Translations under genes and position numbers: made by a program | In this document: piece after piece, positions 31,483 through 40,382 of the stretch | Layout: each line of letters starts with the position of its first letter | How positions within the stretch are numbered: position 1 is the first letter of the stretch | IMG/VR virus record: IMGVR_UViG_3300046336_000146 | Direction: 5' to 3' (one strand) | Length of the DNA: 64,000 nt | From: an uncultured virus (IMG/VR IMGVR_UViG_3300046336_000146) | Taxonomy: Duplodnaviria; Heunggongvirae; Uroviricota; Caudoviricetes | The notes under the pieces: model-generated | Seen by the model: only the letters and a program-made list of their open reading frames with translations | Database searches by the model: none | Told to the model about the DNA's origin: nothing

Positions 31483-31902
31483 ATGCCACCAAAGAAAAAT
31501 AAAGAAATTATAAAAAAAGCAGTTTGGACTTTAAATGGTAAAGAAGATTTTGAAGTACCAGAGACGGCTTATGGATTCACATACAGAATAGATGTTATTG
31601 GGACCCCTTTCTATTATTACGGACAGAAGAAATTGACCTCTACAAGAGGCCGAGGAAAAAAGGCTGTAACAAAAGAATCTGCCTGGAGAAATTATGAGGG
31701 TAGCTCACTTGAATTAAAAACTCTTATAAAATCGGGCAAAAAAATAAAAAAACAGATTCTTGATTTTGCATACAGTAAAAGTGAATTAACACTATTAGAG
31801 ACAAAACAAATAATCTGTAATAACTGCTTAGAGGACCCAAACAGTCTAAACAGGTGGGTGTACTGCAGAGTGTATCAGAAAAATATAGTTAAAAATAATT
31901 AA
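31483..31902 (+). CDS. GIY-YIG endonuclease (T4 EndoII-like)
   Basis: YGFTYRI..YYYGQKK..WRNYEGSS..LETKQI. Confidence 0.65.
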   Translation: MPPKKNKEIIKKAVWTLNGKEDFEVPETAYGFTYRIDVIGTPFYYYGQKKLTSTRGRGKKAVTKESAWRNYEGSSLELKTLIKSGKKIKKQILDFAYSKSELTLLETKQIICNNCLEDPNSLNRWVYCRVYQKNIVKNN

Positions 31903-31989
31903 AAAACATTTAATATAAATTATAAAATACTTGCACATCTAAAAAAGTTTTTGTAAATTGCATAAAAATATAAAGTATAAAACAAAAAT

Positions 31990-32754
31990 ATGTCAGCACA
32001 AAAAAGAACTCCAGTAAAAAGAGAGCCTAAAAAAGAGAAGGTGGTAGAGCATACATTAACATCTTCTAAAAACATTAAAGAGAAAATTGAACTAAAATCT
32101 CATCAAAAACCAGTTGCTAATTTTTTAAGATCTAATGATATATCCATAGTGTTAGCTAAGGCGGGGTGTTCAAAAGATTTTGTTCAAATGTATAGAGCTA
32201 TCGAAGGTTTAAAGAATAAGGAGTTTGAAAGAATAGTTATTACCAAACCAATAGTAGAGTTAGGTAAATCAGTTGGATTTTTACCCGGCTTAGATGAGAA
32301 ATTTGATCCTTATTTGAGAAGTTTCTACGATGCTATAGATAAAATAGTTGGTAAAGAACATTCTAATACTATTAAAGCTAAAGTTAGTTTTGAACACATT
32401 GGATTTCAAAGAGGGAATACTTTTCCAGAACATAGTGTTATTATCTTAAGTGAGGCACAAAATATGACAGCTCATGAAGCAATTAGTTATGTAACTCGTT
32501 TACCTGAGTCTTCTAAGCTTTTTGTGAACGCGGATGCGATTCAATCAGATTTAGGTATGAAGTCAGGCCTTAATGATTTTTTAGAGAGCATGAGTGGTGT
32601 TGAAGGAGTAGGTATTGCTATATTAGATGATAAAGTTCACCAAATGCGTAGAAAGATAATTAATGATATAACAGACAACTACTTAAAAATATTAAAAAGA
32701 CAAGGTAAGTTCTTTGAACTAGATAGAAGCAGATTTGAGTATACAGAACTTTAA
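31990..32754 (+). CDS. phoH: PhoH-like protein
   Basis: IVITKPIVE, GFLPG, FDPY, RGNTF, SEAQN, TRL and QSD motifs; P-loop degenerate. Confidence 0.85.
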   Translation: MSAQKRTPVKREPKKEKVVEHTLTSSKNIKEKIELKSHQKPVANFLRSNDISIVLAKAGCSKDFVQMYRAIEGLKNKEFERIVITKPIVELGKSVGFLPGLDEKFDPYLRSFYDAIDKIVGKEHSNTIKAKVSFEHIGFQRGNTFPEHSVIILSEAQNMTAHEAISYVTRLPESSKLFVNADAIQSDLGMKSGLNDFLESMSGVEGVGIAILDDKVHQMRRKIINDITDNYLKILKRQGKFFELDRSRFEYTEL

Positions 32755-32775
32755 AATCAAATTCTCATAAAAAAC

Positions 32776-32806
32776 TTGCACAATTAAAAAATAATTAATA
32801 TATTTG
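32776..32806 (+). promoter_or_regulatory. Promoter TTGCA-N18-TATATTTG
   Basis: Consensus match. Confidence 0.7.
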
Positions 32807-33112
32807 TAAAATAAAAAATATAAAAATGGAAACACTAGTAACACACGAAATTGGCCGAAAGTCTGATGGGACCAAGATAGTTAGAAATTTCTTTTTCAAT
32901 AAAGATACTACCAACTACTTAGTAAAAGCACAGTCTTATTTCACAAAAGACCAAAAGAAAAAGGCTAAATTAAAAGCAAAGCATGGATACTAAGCTTTAC
33001 GAGTACGGCCTTATGGTATTTAACAATGAGGCCGAAAAGTTTGAAAGATGGTTAGAGTCAAAAAAGGAATTGACAGATAAACAGATAAAACAAGAATTAG
33101 ATAAAATAGAGT

Positions 33113-33649
33113 ATGGGATATTCAACTAGTAGAGAATTAAATGAATTTATAAAAATGTTGGTAGATGCGGATTCAAGTATTGTAACTACAGGTGAGAGAA
33201 TCAAGAATTGTCCAAAAAGAGGTTTTCAATGTTACTGTGATGGAAGTTGTGCTACTAAAAACACGTTTCCAGCAGAGGGAGCTGTTAAGCGCAGAGATGA
33301 TTTATTAAAAGGCGGTTTTAATATTGTAGATAGTCCTAAAGAACCTGTTAAAGAGGCTTATAAGGAGACAGAAGGAAAACTTTTTTATGAATTAGATTGG
33401 GGCTTTATTACGCAGATGGCTGAAAGAATGGCATCTAATAAAAAAGAAGGTAAGTACGAATTATTCAATTGGAAAAAGCCAATGACTATAGAAGGTATAG
33501 AGCACTTAAAGCAGGCCACTCTAAGACACTTGTTGGAAATATTGCAAGGGAGATATGAAGACGATGGCAGAGAGTTTGGACACCTAGAGTCCCTGGCGGA
33601 TAACGTTATGATGATTAATTACCAACTAAAAAATAATAAAAACAAATAA
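33113..33649 (+). CDS. dATP/dGTP diphosphohydrolase-like (DUF5664) domain protein
   Basis: KYELFNWKK..LRHL..E.GHL pattern in the C-terminal half. Confidence 0.55.
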   Translation: MGYSTSRELNEFIKMLVDADSSIVTTGERIKNCPKRGFQCYCDGSCATKNTFPAEGAVKRRDDLLKGGFNIVDSPKEPVKEAYKETEGKLFYELDWGFITQMAERMASNKKEGKYELFNWKKPMTIEGIEHLKQATLRHLLEILQGRYEDDGREFGHLESLADNVMMINYQLKNNKNK

Positions 33650-33651
33650 AT

Positions 33652-34002
33652 ATGATATTAAGACTGACTCAAAGAATTACAGTGCCTAACAAAGAAACTC
33701 AAGAAAAAATAGATACTGTTGCTTTTGCTGAAGAAGAAGACGGGTTAACTAGAGAACAGTGTGAATCATTAGGTATTCCTTTTATTAAAAGAACATCTTT
33801 AAAGATAGATGAAGACGGCTTTGCTTTTATTAGTAAAAAAGATTTAGAAGACGTGTTTCTACCTTTAATTGTAAAAGAGGAAGAGATATCTTGGGCCTCT
33901 GATGATAGAGATTTTGGAGCCACGATTTATACAAAAAATGGAGATACATTTCAAGTAAAAGAAACTGTTGATGAAATCATGCATCAAATCTACCATAAGT
34001 AA
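33652..34002 (+). CDS. Hypothetical protein
   Basis: 116 aa; ends 12 bp before the first attC-like site. Confidence 0.55.
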   Translation: MILRLTQRITVPNKETQEKIDTVAFAEEEDGLTREQCESLGIPFIKRTSLKIDEDGFAFISKKDLEDVFLPLIVKEEEISWASDDRDFGATIYTKNGDTFQVKETVDEIMHQIYHK

Positions 34003-34014
34003 AAATAGTATTAA

Positions 34015-34141
34015 CAACACACGCTACAACGGATTTGGGCAATTGGCTTAATGGAAAGTTGGTTTTGTATTTGGGATGATTTGGCAAATCCGAAAATAGG
34101 GCTTAATTTAGTCCCAAACCCGCTGTAGCGCGGGAACGTTA
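34015..34141 (+). repeat. attC-like hairpin site 1 (array 1)
   Basis: CAAC-aca-cgctacaacggatttggg...cccaaacccgctgtagcg-cgggaac-GTTA, 127 bp. Confidence 0.85.
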
Positions 34142-34189
34142 CAGGATATTGTACCAAAACTGTACGTTGAAAAAGAACTCAACAGAAAA

Positions 34190-34765
34190 ATGGAATACGT
34201 AATTATAGCAGTTTTATTAATTGTCTTATTTTTAGTAACTTTGCGGAAAGAAGAAATAACTAAAACAAAAGTTGTTTACATATCAAAACAAGATAATAAC
34301 AATACTATGTCTTATAGTCCAACAACAATAGCGAACTACTTCATACAAGAAAAAGCCAAATTTGGCAAGTTGACTTCAATGAAGTTGATAAAATTAGTTT
34401 ATATTTCTTATGCTTGGTATATTACCTTGAAAGGGAAAGAAAACCCCCTAACAAATGAAAAAGCCCAAGCTTGGAAATATGGACCAGTTTTTCCATCATT
34501 GTATAAAGTAATAAAGAGTGAGGGAACAGTTGAAGTTGAAAAGCCATTGCCCAATAATAGAGAGGAAGTTATTACGAGAGAAGATGCTAACTTTTTAGAT
34601 AAGATGTGGGATTTGTATGGTAAATATAACGGCGTTGAGTTGAGTGCTATGACACATGCTGAGAAAACCCCTTGGAGAGAGGTTTACTGTAGAAATTGTA
34701 ATTCAGAAATACCAGATGATTTGATAATTAGCCACTATACACCAAAACTAAAATCCGCTTCGTAA
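34190..34765 (+). CDS. Panacea (DUF4065/SocA-like) antitoxin; alternative start at 34307
   Basis: IANYFI..LTSMKLIKLVY..AWKYGPV..LSAMTH..TPW motifs. Confidence 0.85.
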   Translation: MEYVIIAVLLIVLFLVTLRKEEITKTKVVYISKQDNNNTMSYSPTTIANYFIQEKAKFGKLTSMKLIKLVYISYAWYITLKGKENPLTNEKAQAWKYGPVFPSLYKVIKSEGTVEVEKPLPNNREEVITREDANFLDKMWDLYGKYNGVELSAMTHAEKTPWREVYCRNCNSEIPDDLIISHYTPKLKSAS

Positions 34766-34769
34766 TTGA

Positions 34770-35135
34770 TTGATTGATTTAAATAGACTCCCAAACACCA
34801 TTCCTGATAATTTTAGAGACGCAGATATTGATGAAGCAGTTTCCGATATTACGTCGTGGAATAAAGATATTTCTCCCGAAGAAGAAAGGTACAGAGAAAA
34901 TACAGTTTTAAGAGATAATTTAGCAAAGGTTTTTACTATTGTAATAATATTTTGGTTAGTCTCTGTTATTCTAATCCTCGTTGGAAATGACTTAAAATAT
35001 AATTTAAGTGACACTGTTTTGGTAACTCTTTTAACCACTACAACAATACAAGTTTTAGGGTTAGTTTATATTATATTAAAAGACTTATTCCCAGGCGGAA
35101 AAGAGAATCCAAAAAACAACAGCACCGCACAATAA
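34770..35135 (+). CDS. Two-TM membrane protein, candidate cognate toxin
   Basis: Immediately downstream of the Panacea gene within the same cassette; two hydrophobic helices. Confidence 0.55.
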   Translation: MIDLNRLPNTIPDNFRDADIDEAVSDITSWNKDISPEEERYRENTVLRDNLAKVFTIVIIFWLVSVILILVGNDLKYNLSDTVLVTLLTTTTIQVLGLVYIILKDLFPGGKENPKNNSTAQ

Positions 35136-35145
35136 CAACATCCTG

Positions 35146-35272
35146 TAACACACGCTACAAGCAATTGCCACAATAGGCTTTCAGAAAAATTGTCTTGTAC
35201 TTGTAAAAATTAGTAATAAACAGAAATATTAATCCGCCTTAATTGGCAACCGCGTGTAGCGCGGGAACGTTG
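35146..35272 (+). repeat. attC-like hairpin site 2 (array 1)
   Basis: TAAC-aca-cgctacaagcaattgcca...tggcaaccgcgtgtagcg-cgggaac-GTTG, 127 bp. Confidence 0.85.
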
Positions 35273-35342
35273 TACCTCATTGTAACAAAACCGCAGAAGC
35301 GAAGACCAAAGAGAATGCAACGTTACTAACAAAATAACAGAA

Positions 35343-35534
35343 ATGAGTTTAAAAGAAAAATTCCAAGCAGTATTTACTTGGAAACTAAAAAAGCCGACAT
35401 TTGAAGTTGGTAAGAGCACAACACCAAAAGAGAAGCTTCAACAGGTTCAGGAATTATGTTTGCAACAAAAAAGAATTTTTAAGGAAGCATTAAGTGGACA
35501 AACATTTTACTATTCTCACTTAAAAACTTTGTAA
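35343..35534 (+). CDS. Cassette ORF, possibly truncated
   Basis: 63 aa; overlaps the convergent minus-strand ORF. Confidence 0.35.
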   Translation: MSLKEKFQAVFTWKLKKPTFEVGKSTTPKEKLQQVQELCLQQKRIFKEALSGQTFYYSHLKTL

Positions 35535-35994
35535 TATAATATTCATAATCTTTCTCGTGAAAGAAATATGAACTTTGATTAAAATTATTTTGGCTTGAAT
35601 CTAAATCCATTCTTGCCTTTAACTCTAAAATTAAACTATGTTTGGAATCTATATTGCGGGTATTTTCTGTGTACTTGTCTTCCATTATACTGGAGCGTCT
35701 CTCGAAATCCCTTTTCACAGAAGTGAATGTCAAAAATGCAGTCAAACCAAGTGCTGTTGTAAAAACAATAAGAATTAAATTTGTGTCACTCTCTTGTTGT
35801 CTGATATACATTTCTTCTTTAAACTGACGTTCTTTAACTTGAGCATTTGTCAAGGGCAGATTAGATTTAAGTCTTATGTTTGCTTCTTTTAGGGTCTCAT
35901 ACTTATATTCAAGATTACTGACTCTGTAATACATAAAAATTATTAATAAAGAAAAAATTATTGTAAGTGAAACGGGGTAGAAGTTGTTTTTCAT
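35479..35994 (-). CDS. Cassette membrane protein (likely start at 35994, MKNNFYPV)
   Basis: Two TM segments; the longer ORF-track start lies at the edge of the repeat. Confidence 0.5.
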   Translation of the reverse strand: MKNNFYPVSLTIIFSLLIIFMYYRVSNLEYKYETLKEANIRLKSNLPLTNAQVKERQFKEEMYIRQQESDTNLILIVFTTALGLTAFLTFTSVKRDFERRSSIMEDKYTENTRNIDSKHSLILELKARMDLDSSQNNFNQSSYFFHEKDYEYYITKFLSENSKMFVHLMLP

Positions 35995-36079
35995 AAAGTA
36001 AAAATTAAAAACCAAAAGTAATAAAAATAAAGTTAAATTAGCGATGGAAAAGCGTAGCCGAAAAGAAAAGCCGAACCAC

Positions 36080-36205
36080 CAACACACGCTACAAGCAAGT
36101 TGGGCAAAGGTGTTGAATTAAAAAACGGTTTTGTACTTTCCGAAAAAAGTAACAACAGAAAATAAATAATTATTAACCCAACCTGCGTGTAGCGCGGGAA
36201 CGTTA
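36080..36205 (+). repeat. attC-like hairpin site 3 (array 1)
   Basis: CAAC-aca-cgctacaagcaagttggg...cccaacctgcgtgtagcg-cgggaac-GTTA, 126 bp. Confidence 0.85.
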
Positions 36206-36259
36206 TATGATAGCTTAACTAAAGAAAGAGCTAAAGTAGAAGCGAGAAAATATATAACA

Positions 36260-36562
36260 ATGGAGTATAATATACCCGAATGGGAAAGAAAAGCTTACGA
36301 AGAAAAAGCAGAAAAATTTGAAAAAGACCAAAGTATTACCTTTACAATAAGTAAAGATAAAAATGGTATTGACAGACCAACAGAGGAGGAGAGAAAAACA
36401 ATAATCGACAAATTAGAGCCTATAAGACAAAAAGCCGAAAATGAAATAGCAGAAATATTAAATAAAATTACCAAGGAACATTCTATTTATATTTGGACTA
36501 ACTGTAAAGAAAAAATAGAATTAACTTTTATCTATCCGAGTTCTAATTTAGTTTATAATTGA
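36260..36562 (+). CDS. Cassette hypothetical protein
   Basis: 100 aa between sites 3 and 4. Confidence 0.6.
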   Translation: MEYNIPEWERKAYEEKAEKFEKDQSITFTISKDKNGIDRPTEEERKTIIDKLEPIRQKAENEIAEILNKITKEHSIYIWTNCKEKIELTFIYPSSNLVYN

Positions 36563-36565
36563 AAG

Positions 36566-36802
36566 TTATTTAAAGATTTCATTCATAAGACTTAATCTAT
36601 ATTCTTCGGGTTTAAACTTACCGTCTAGAGCATAATCTTTGGCATTTTCATTATACAGTTTATATCTATTATTTAACAAGTCGTTATTAAATTCGTTTAG
36701 ATATTTTTGTGTTTCAGGTACAACCTTTTTAACAAATCTAACACCATCTCTAATAGTGTATAACTCTTCATTAACAATTAAAAGTGCATCTTCATAAGTC
36801 AT
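36566..36802 (-). CDS. Cassette hypothetical protein (likely start 36802, MTYEDALL)
   Basis: Convergent with 36260-36562, stop codons 3 bp apart. Confidence 0.5.
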   Translation of the reverse strand: MTYEDALLIVNEELYTIRDGVRFVKKVVPETQKYLNEFNNDLLNNRYKLYNENAKDYALDGKFKPEEYRLSLMNEIFK

Positions 36803-36902
36803 AATTAAAGTTTTAAAGTGAGAACCAAAAGTAAGAAATAAATTTATAAATTGCGATGGAAAAGTAAAATGTGTAAAAACAGAAGCATAAAAAGCCATCA
36901 TA

Positions 36903-37027
36903 TAACACACGCTACAAGCAAGTTGTGGCAAAGAGCTAAAATAAAAACGGTCTTGTACTTGCCGAAAAAAGTAACAACAGAAAATAAATAATTATTAACC
37001 CAACCTGCGTGTAGCGCGGGAACGTTG
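36903..37027 (+). repeat. attC-like hairpin site 4 (array 1)
   Basis: Near-copy of site 3 (last ~60 bp identical), 125 bp. Confidence 0.85.
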
Positions 37028-37065
37028 GTGGTCAGCTTAAAACCAAAGAGAACGCTGAAAAACCA

Positions 37066-37368
37066 ATGTTTAGAAATAAAATTAAACAGAAAATGAACCC
37101 TTGGAAAACAAACACACCAATACCAACAGAAGAAGAATTAAAAATTAGAGACAATGCAATACTGTCATTGAGAGAAGAAAAAGTAGTATATGAAGCATTG
37201 AAAATAATACAAGATTACCTTAAAGAGAAAGGAATGTCTAATGCTTACTTAGACCTCCAAATATTCCCAGAATTTTGCAAAGACACTTATAGAATTGGAG
37301 AAAGGATAGTTGGCGGAAATAAAGGGCATATCTTCGGAGTAGCTGTTGATTTACATTATCAAAAATAA
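37066..37368 (+). CDS. Cassette-derived hypothetical protein
   Basis: 100 aa after site 4. Confidence 0.55.
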   Translation: MFRNKIKQKMNPWKTNTPIPTEEELKIRDNAILSLREEKVVYEALKIIQDYLKEKGMSNAYLDLQIFPEFCKDTYRIGERIVGGNKGHIFGVAVDLHYQK

Positions 37369-37382
37369 AAATAGACTTTTAC

Positions 37383-37413
37383 TTGCACAATAAAAAATTT
37401 ATCCGTATATTTG
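37383..37413 (+). promoter_or_regulatory. Promoter TTGCA-N18-TATATTTG
   Basis: Consensus match. Confidence 0.7.
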
Positions 37414-37442
37414 TAGAAGAAAAATAAAAACAATATTTAAAA

Positions 37443-37766
37443 ATGGAAACAAGCATTGAAGAAAAAATTTTAAGGTTTGCGGAACTCAGTAGAGAGTTTT
37501 CAGAAAAACCAGAAGAGCTGGATAACTATCCTGAGAACTCTACATTTCAACTTACAACAGGGACAGCAAACAACTCGTACATTCAAATTGGATATTCTTG
37601 CCCTACTGCAGGAACATCCCAATTTGGTACTCCAGAATCCCCTCTAGAAAGATTTAAAAAAGATAAGAAACAGGAAATTAAGAAAGTAGAAAGATGGTTT
37701 GAATTTGTAGAGTTGCGTAATAACATTGAAGACTACTTTAAAGCAAAACATAAATTAAATAAATAA
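37443..37766 (+). CDS. Hypothetical protein
   Basis: 107-aa ORF. Confidence 0.55.
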   Translation: METSIEEKILRFAELSREFSEKPEELDNYPENSTFQLTTGTANNSYIQIGYSCPTAGTSQFGTPESPLERFKKDKKQEIKKVERWFEFVELRNNIEDYFKAKHKLNK

Positions 37767-37777
37767 ATTAAACAAAA

Positions 37778-38461
37778 ATGACTAAAAATTATTTACAACT
37801 AGAATTTAGTACGGGGTTGTTCTTTAAGTACAGTAAAAATGAAGAGCAAGGTTATGAAAAACACGTTTCAACTAAAGGTAATACTTCTTACAGAAAGTAC
37901 TTTAAAGAAGGTGTTACAGGTGTTTTAGAATCAGTTTCAATTTATGAAGGTTCTTTTGGAAATCAGATTTCTATGAATATTAAAAATGGCGATGATGTTT
38001 TTTATGTGCCTGTAGATATTGCAGACCAAAAAGGAAATGTAGACACTTATGCAGAAAGTTTAATTAAATTCTTACCTCAATTAGAAAAAGGAATGAATAT
38101 TTCTGTTAAAGGTTATAACTTTACTCCAGAAGGAGATAAATATTCTAAGATTGGTATTTCTTTTTCAGTTGACGGTGTAAAAATTAAATCTGAAATGACT
38201 AATGCTTATATGAACAAGGACGGTGTTTTAGTAGCAGGAGATATTCCAGCATTAGTTTGGAAAAAAGATGCACTAGGTAAAAACAAACCTTCCGCAGTAT
38301 CTCAGGAAGCTAAGAATGACTATCTTTTAGAAGTATTAAAAATACAAACAGATAGATTAAAATGGGTCAGTGGTTCACCAGAAGCGCCCGCATCTCAACC
38401 ACAAACAGAAGCTCCTAAAACTTCTTCAAAAATAGAAGAAGCATCAGATTTACCTTTTTAA
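37778..38461 (+). CDS. Putative single-stranded DNA-binding protein
   Basis: Beta-rich core, flexible P/Q/S linker, acidic C-terminal tail ending in DLPF. Confidence 0.6.
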   Translation: MTKNYLQLEFSTGLFFKYSKNEEQGYEKHVSTKGNTSYRKYFKEGVTGVLESVSIYEGSFGNQISMNIKNGDDVFYVPVDIADQKGNVDTYAESLIKFLPQLEKGMNISVKGYNFTPEGDKYSKIGISFSVDGVKIKSEMTNAYMNKDGVLVAGDIPALVWKKDALGKNKPSAVSQEAKNDYLLEVLKIQTDRLKWVSGSPEAPASQPQTEAPKTSSKIEEASDLPF

Positions 38462-38484
38462 CATTTAATTAACAAAACACAATA

Positions 38485-39158
38485 ATGGAAAACAAAGAAG
38501 AATTAAATCCCGTGGATATTTTTAAAGAGTACGGGTACAAAGAGGGCCAAGAATTATTAGTCCCAGTAGAATTTATTTATGGAGTATTAAACTTTTGTGG
38601 GACCGTAAAAGCTTCTCAGCCAAAAGTGGGAGTACTGTCTTCCTATCCTAAGGATGTCAGAGAAATTAGAAACAAAGATACTGACGAACTTGAGCGAGTA
38701 GATATTGATTGGGAACTGCATAATGGCAACTCATTCTTCAACACTGCTTTAAACTACAAACCTGATGATTATTTTATTGTAACGGATCTAGAAATGAGAG
38801 CACTACAAATAGAAAACGGTCTTACTCACTGGCACAAAAATAATATTGAACAAGGTATTGCAGTAGCTGTTCCTAAAGAGGTAGGAGATAACTAATGATA
38901 AATCACAATTATTACCTTAACACACTCAAGAAGCTCTTAGGGGCTTCTTTTGTAGGTTGGGTCACGGAAAAAGAAACTAAGTATCTAAAAGTCACCATAA
39001 AAGGGAAATCTTTTCAAATACCTTTTGATGGTGGGGATATTGGACATGAGAGTTATACAAATTTAATAAATTCATTTTTAACATTAGAAAAAGACAATGG
39101 AGGCAAAGAGATTCAAGAGTCTGTACGATTGGATGAAACAGACGGGGGAGCTTCATAA
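38485..39158 (+). other. Two hypothetical ORFs (38485-38895, 38895-39158)
   Basis: Translationally coupled ORFs. Confidence 0.5.
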
Positions 39159-39288
39159 CTTCTTACCACGAGCTAAAGGTGACTGGGATAAAGATAAAGA
39201 TAGGTTCATACAAATACAAGAAGCGATGGAAAAGATGGCAGATGTAGTTAGCATAGAAACAGACTAGATATAAATATAAATTATAGTT

Positions 39289-40002
39289 ATGGAAAATTTG
39301 AAAAAATTTAAAGATGTAATTTTTTTAGCTTTAGCTCTGCTAATATTCATATTTTTATATAATAACACTACAAGAAGATTTGACAGGTTAGAAGGTCAGC
39401 ATGATATTATAGAAAAAGATTATTTAAATAAAAAAGATGGTGTGGCTGTGGCAAACAAGAGATATGTTTTCATTGTAGATTCTATAAAAAAAGAGCTACA
39501 CAAAAAAGATTTAGAAAATAGTCGGCTAAAAGAAAGTAATGAGAAGTTAGAAGAAAAGATAACTGACATTTTAAAGGCTCCAAAAAATCTACCAAAAGAT
39601 TTAGTAGGATTGGTTGCTTTTTACAATCAAAGATATGTTACTACAAAAAATACAGTTGTTGGCGATAAAGTAGGGCTTGAAATAGAAACTGCAGTGGTCG
39701 TGTCTAATGATTTAGTAGAAGGGGACAGATTGGCCGAAGTTTTACCTTTAAAAGATAAACAGTTAAAAAATCTTGATACTACTATAACGAATTTGAACAG
39801 TCAGAAAAAGATGTTGTCCTATACACTATCTCTATCAGAAGAGCAGATAAAGAATTATCAAGACCTTCAAAAATTGGCCGAACAAAACATTATTAATCTA
39901 GAAAAGCAGAATAAAAATTTAAAGATGAAGAATGCTTTAAATAAAATTTTAATACCTGCTGCAGTTGTAGGGGGGGTTTTCATAGGAACAAAAATAAAAT
40001 GA
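39289..40002 (+). CDS. Membrane-anchored coiled-coil protein (spanin-like?)
   Basis: N-terminal TM, long coiled coil, hydrophobic C-terminal segment. Confidence 0.4.
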   Translation: MENLKKFKDVIFLALALLIFIFLYNNTTRRFDRLEGQHDIIEKDYLNKKDGVAVANKRYVFIVDSIKKELHKKDLENSRLKESNEKLEEKITDILKAPKNLPKDLVGLVAFYNQRYVTTKNTVVGDKVGLEIETAVVVSNDLVEGDRLAEVLPLKDKQLKNLDTTITNLNSQKKMLSYTLSLSEEQIKNYQDLQKLAEQNIINLEKQNKNLKMKNALNKILIPAAVVGGVFIGTKIK

Positions 40003-40382
40003 TAAACAGAAAAAGAATAAAGATACCTATTTACGAACAAAGCTTATTGGTTGTAGTGTCAGATAATTTTAAGTCAGTTGAAAAGGAATTTAACTTAGCA
40101 GATACTTCTAACTACAACGGAGTTTGTTTTGAAAATGAAAGGGGTATTGTTATACTAATAGCTCCTGATTCAGATTTAAGTGTCATAGCCCACGAATCAG
40201 TTCATGCTGCAGGTATTTTGTTTGATATTGTGGGAGCCACTGTAGATGTTAAGAATGATGAACCTTTTGCCTACTTAGTAGGTTGGATTGTAGAACAAGT
40301 TTTAAAAGTAAAAGATAAATATAAACAAGATGGACCTAAGACAAGAATATATAAAAATGAGGAACACTCAAAAGCTAAATAA
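39999..40382 (+). CDS. HExxH metallopeptidase-like protein
   Basis: IAHESVHAA..DEPFAYL. Confidence 0.55.
   Translation: MINRKRIKIPIYEQSLLVVVSDNFKSVEKEFNLADTSNYNGVCFENERGIVILIAPDSDLSVIAHESVHAAGILFDIVGATVDVKNDEPFAYLVGWIVEQVLKVKDKYKQDGPKTRIYKNEEHSKAK

Noticed and set aside
36803..36931. Extended N-termini of cassette ORFs (36566-36931, 35479-36087)
   Set aside because: Alternative starts lie in or at the repeat; internal ATGs at 36802 and 35994 have better A-rich leaders
34015..37027. Repeats as a CRISPR array
   Set aside because: Repeats are ~126-bp hairpins separated by 0.7-1 kb gene-containing units, and there are no cas genes
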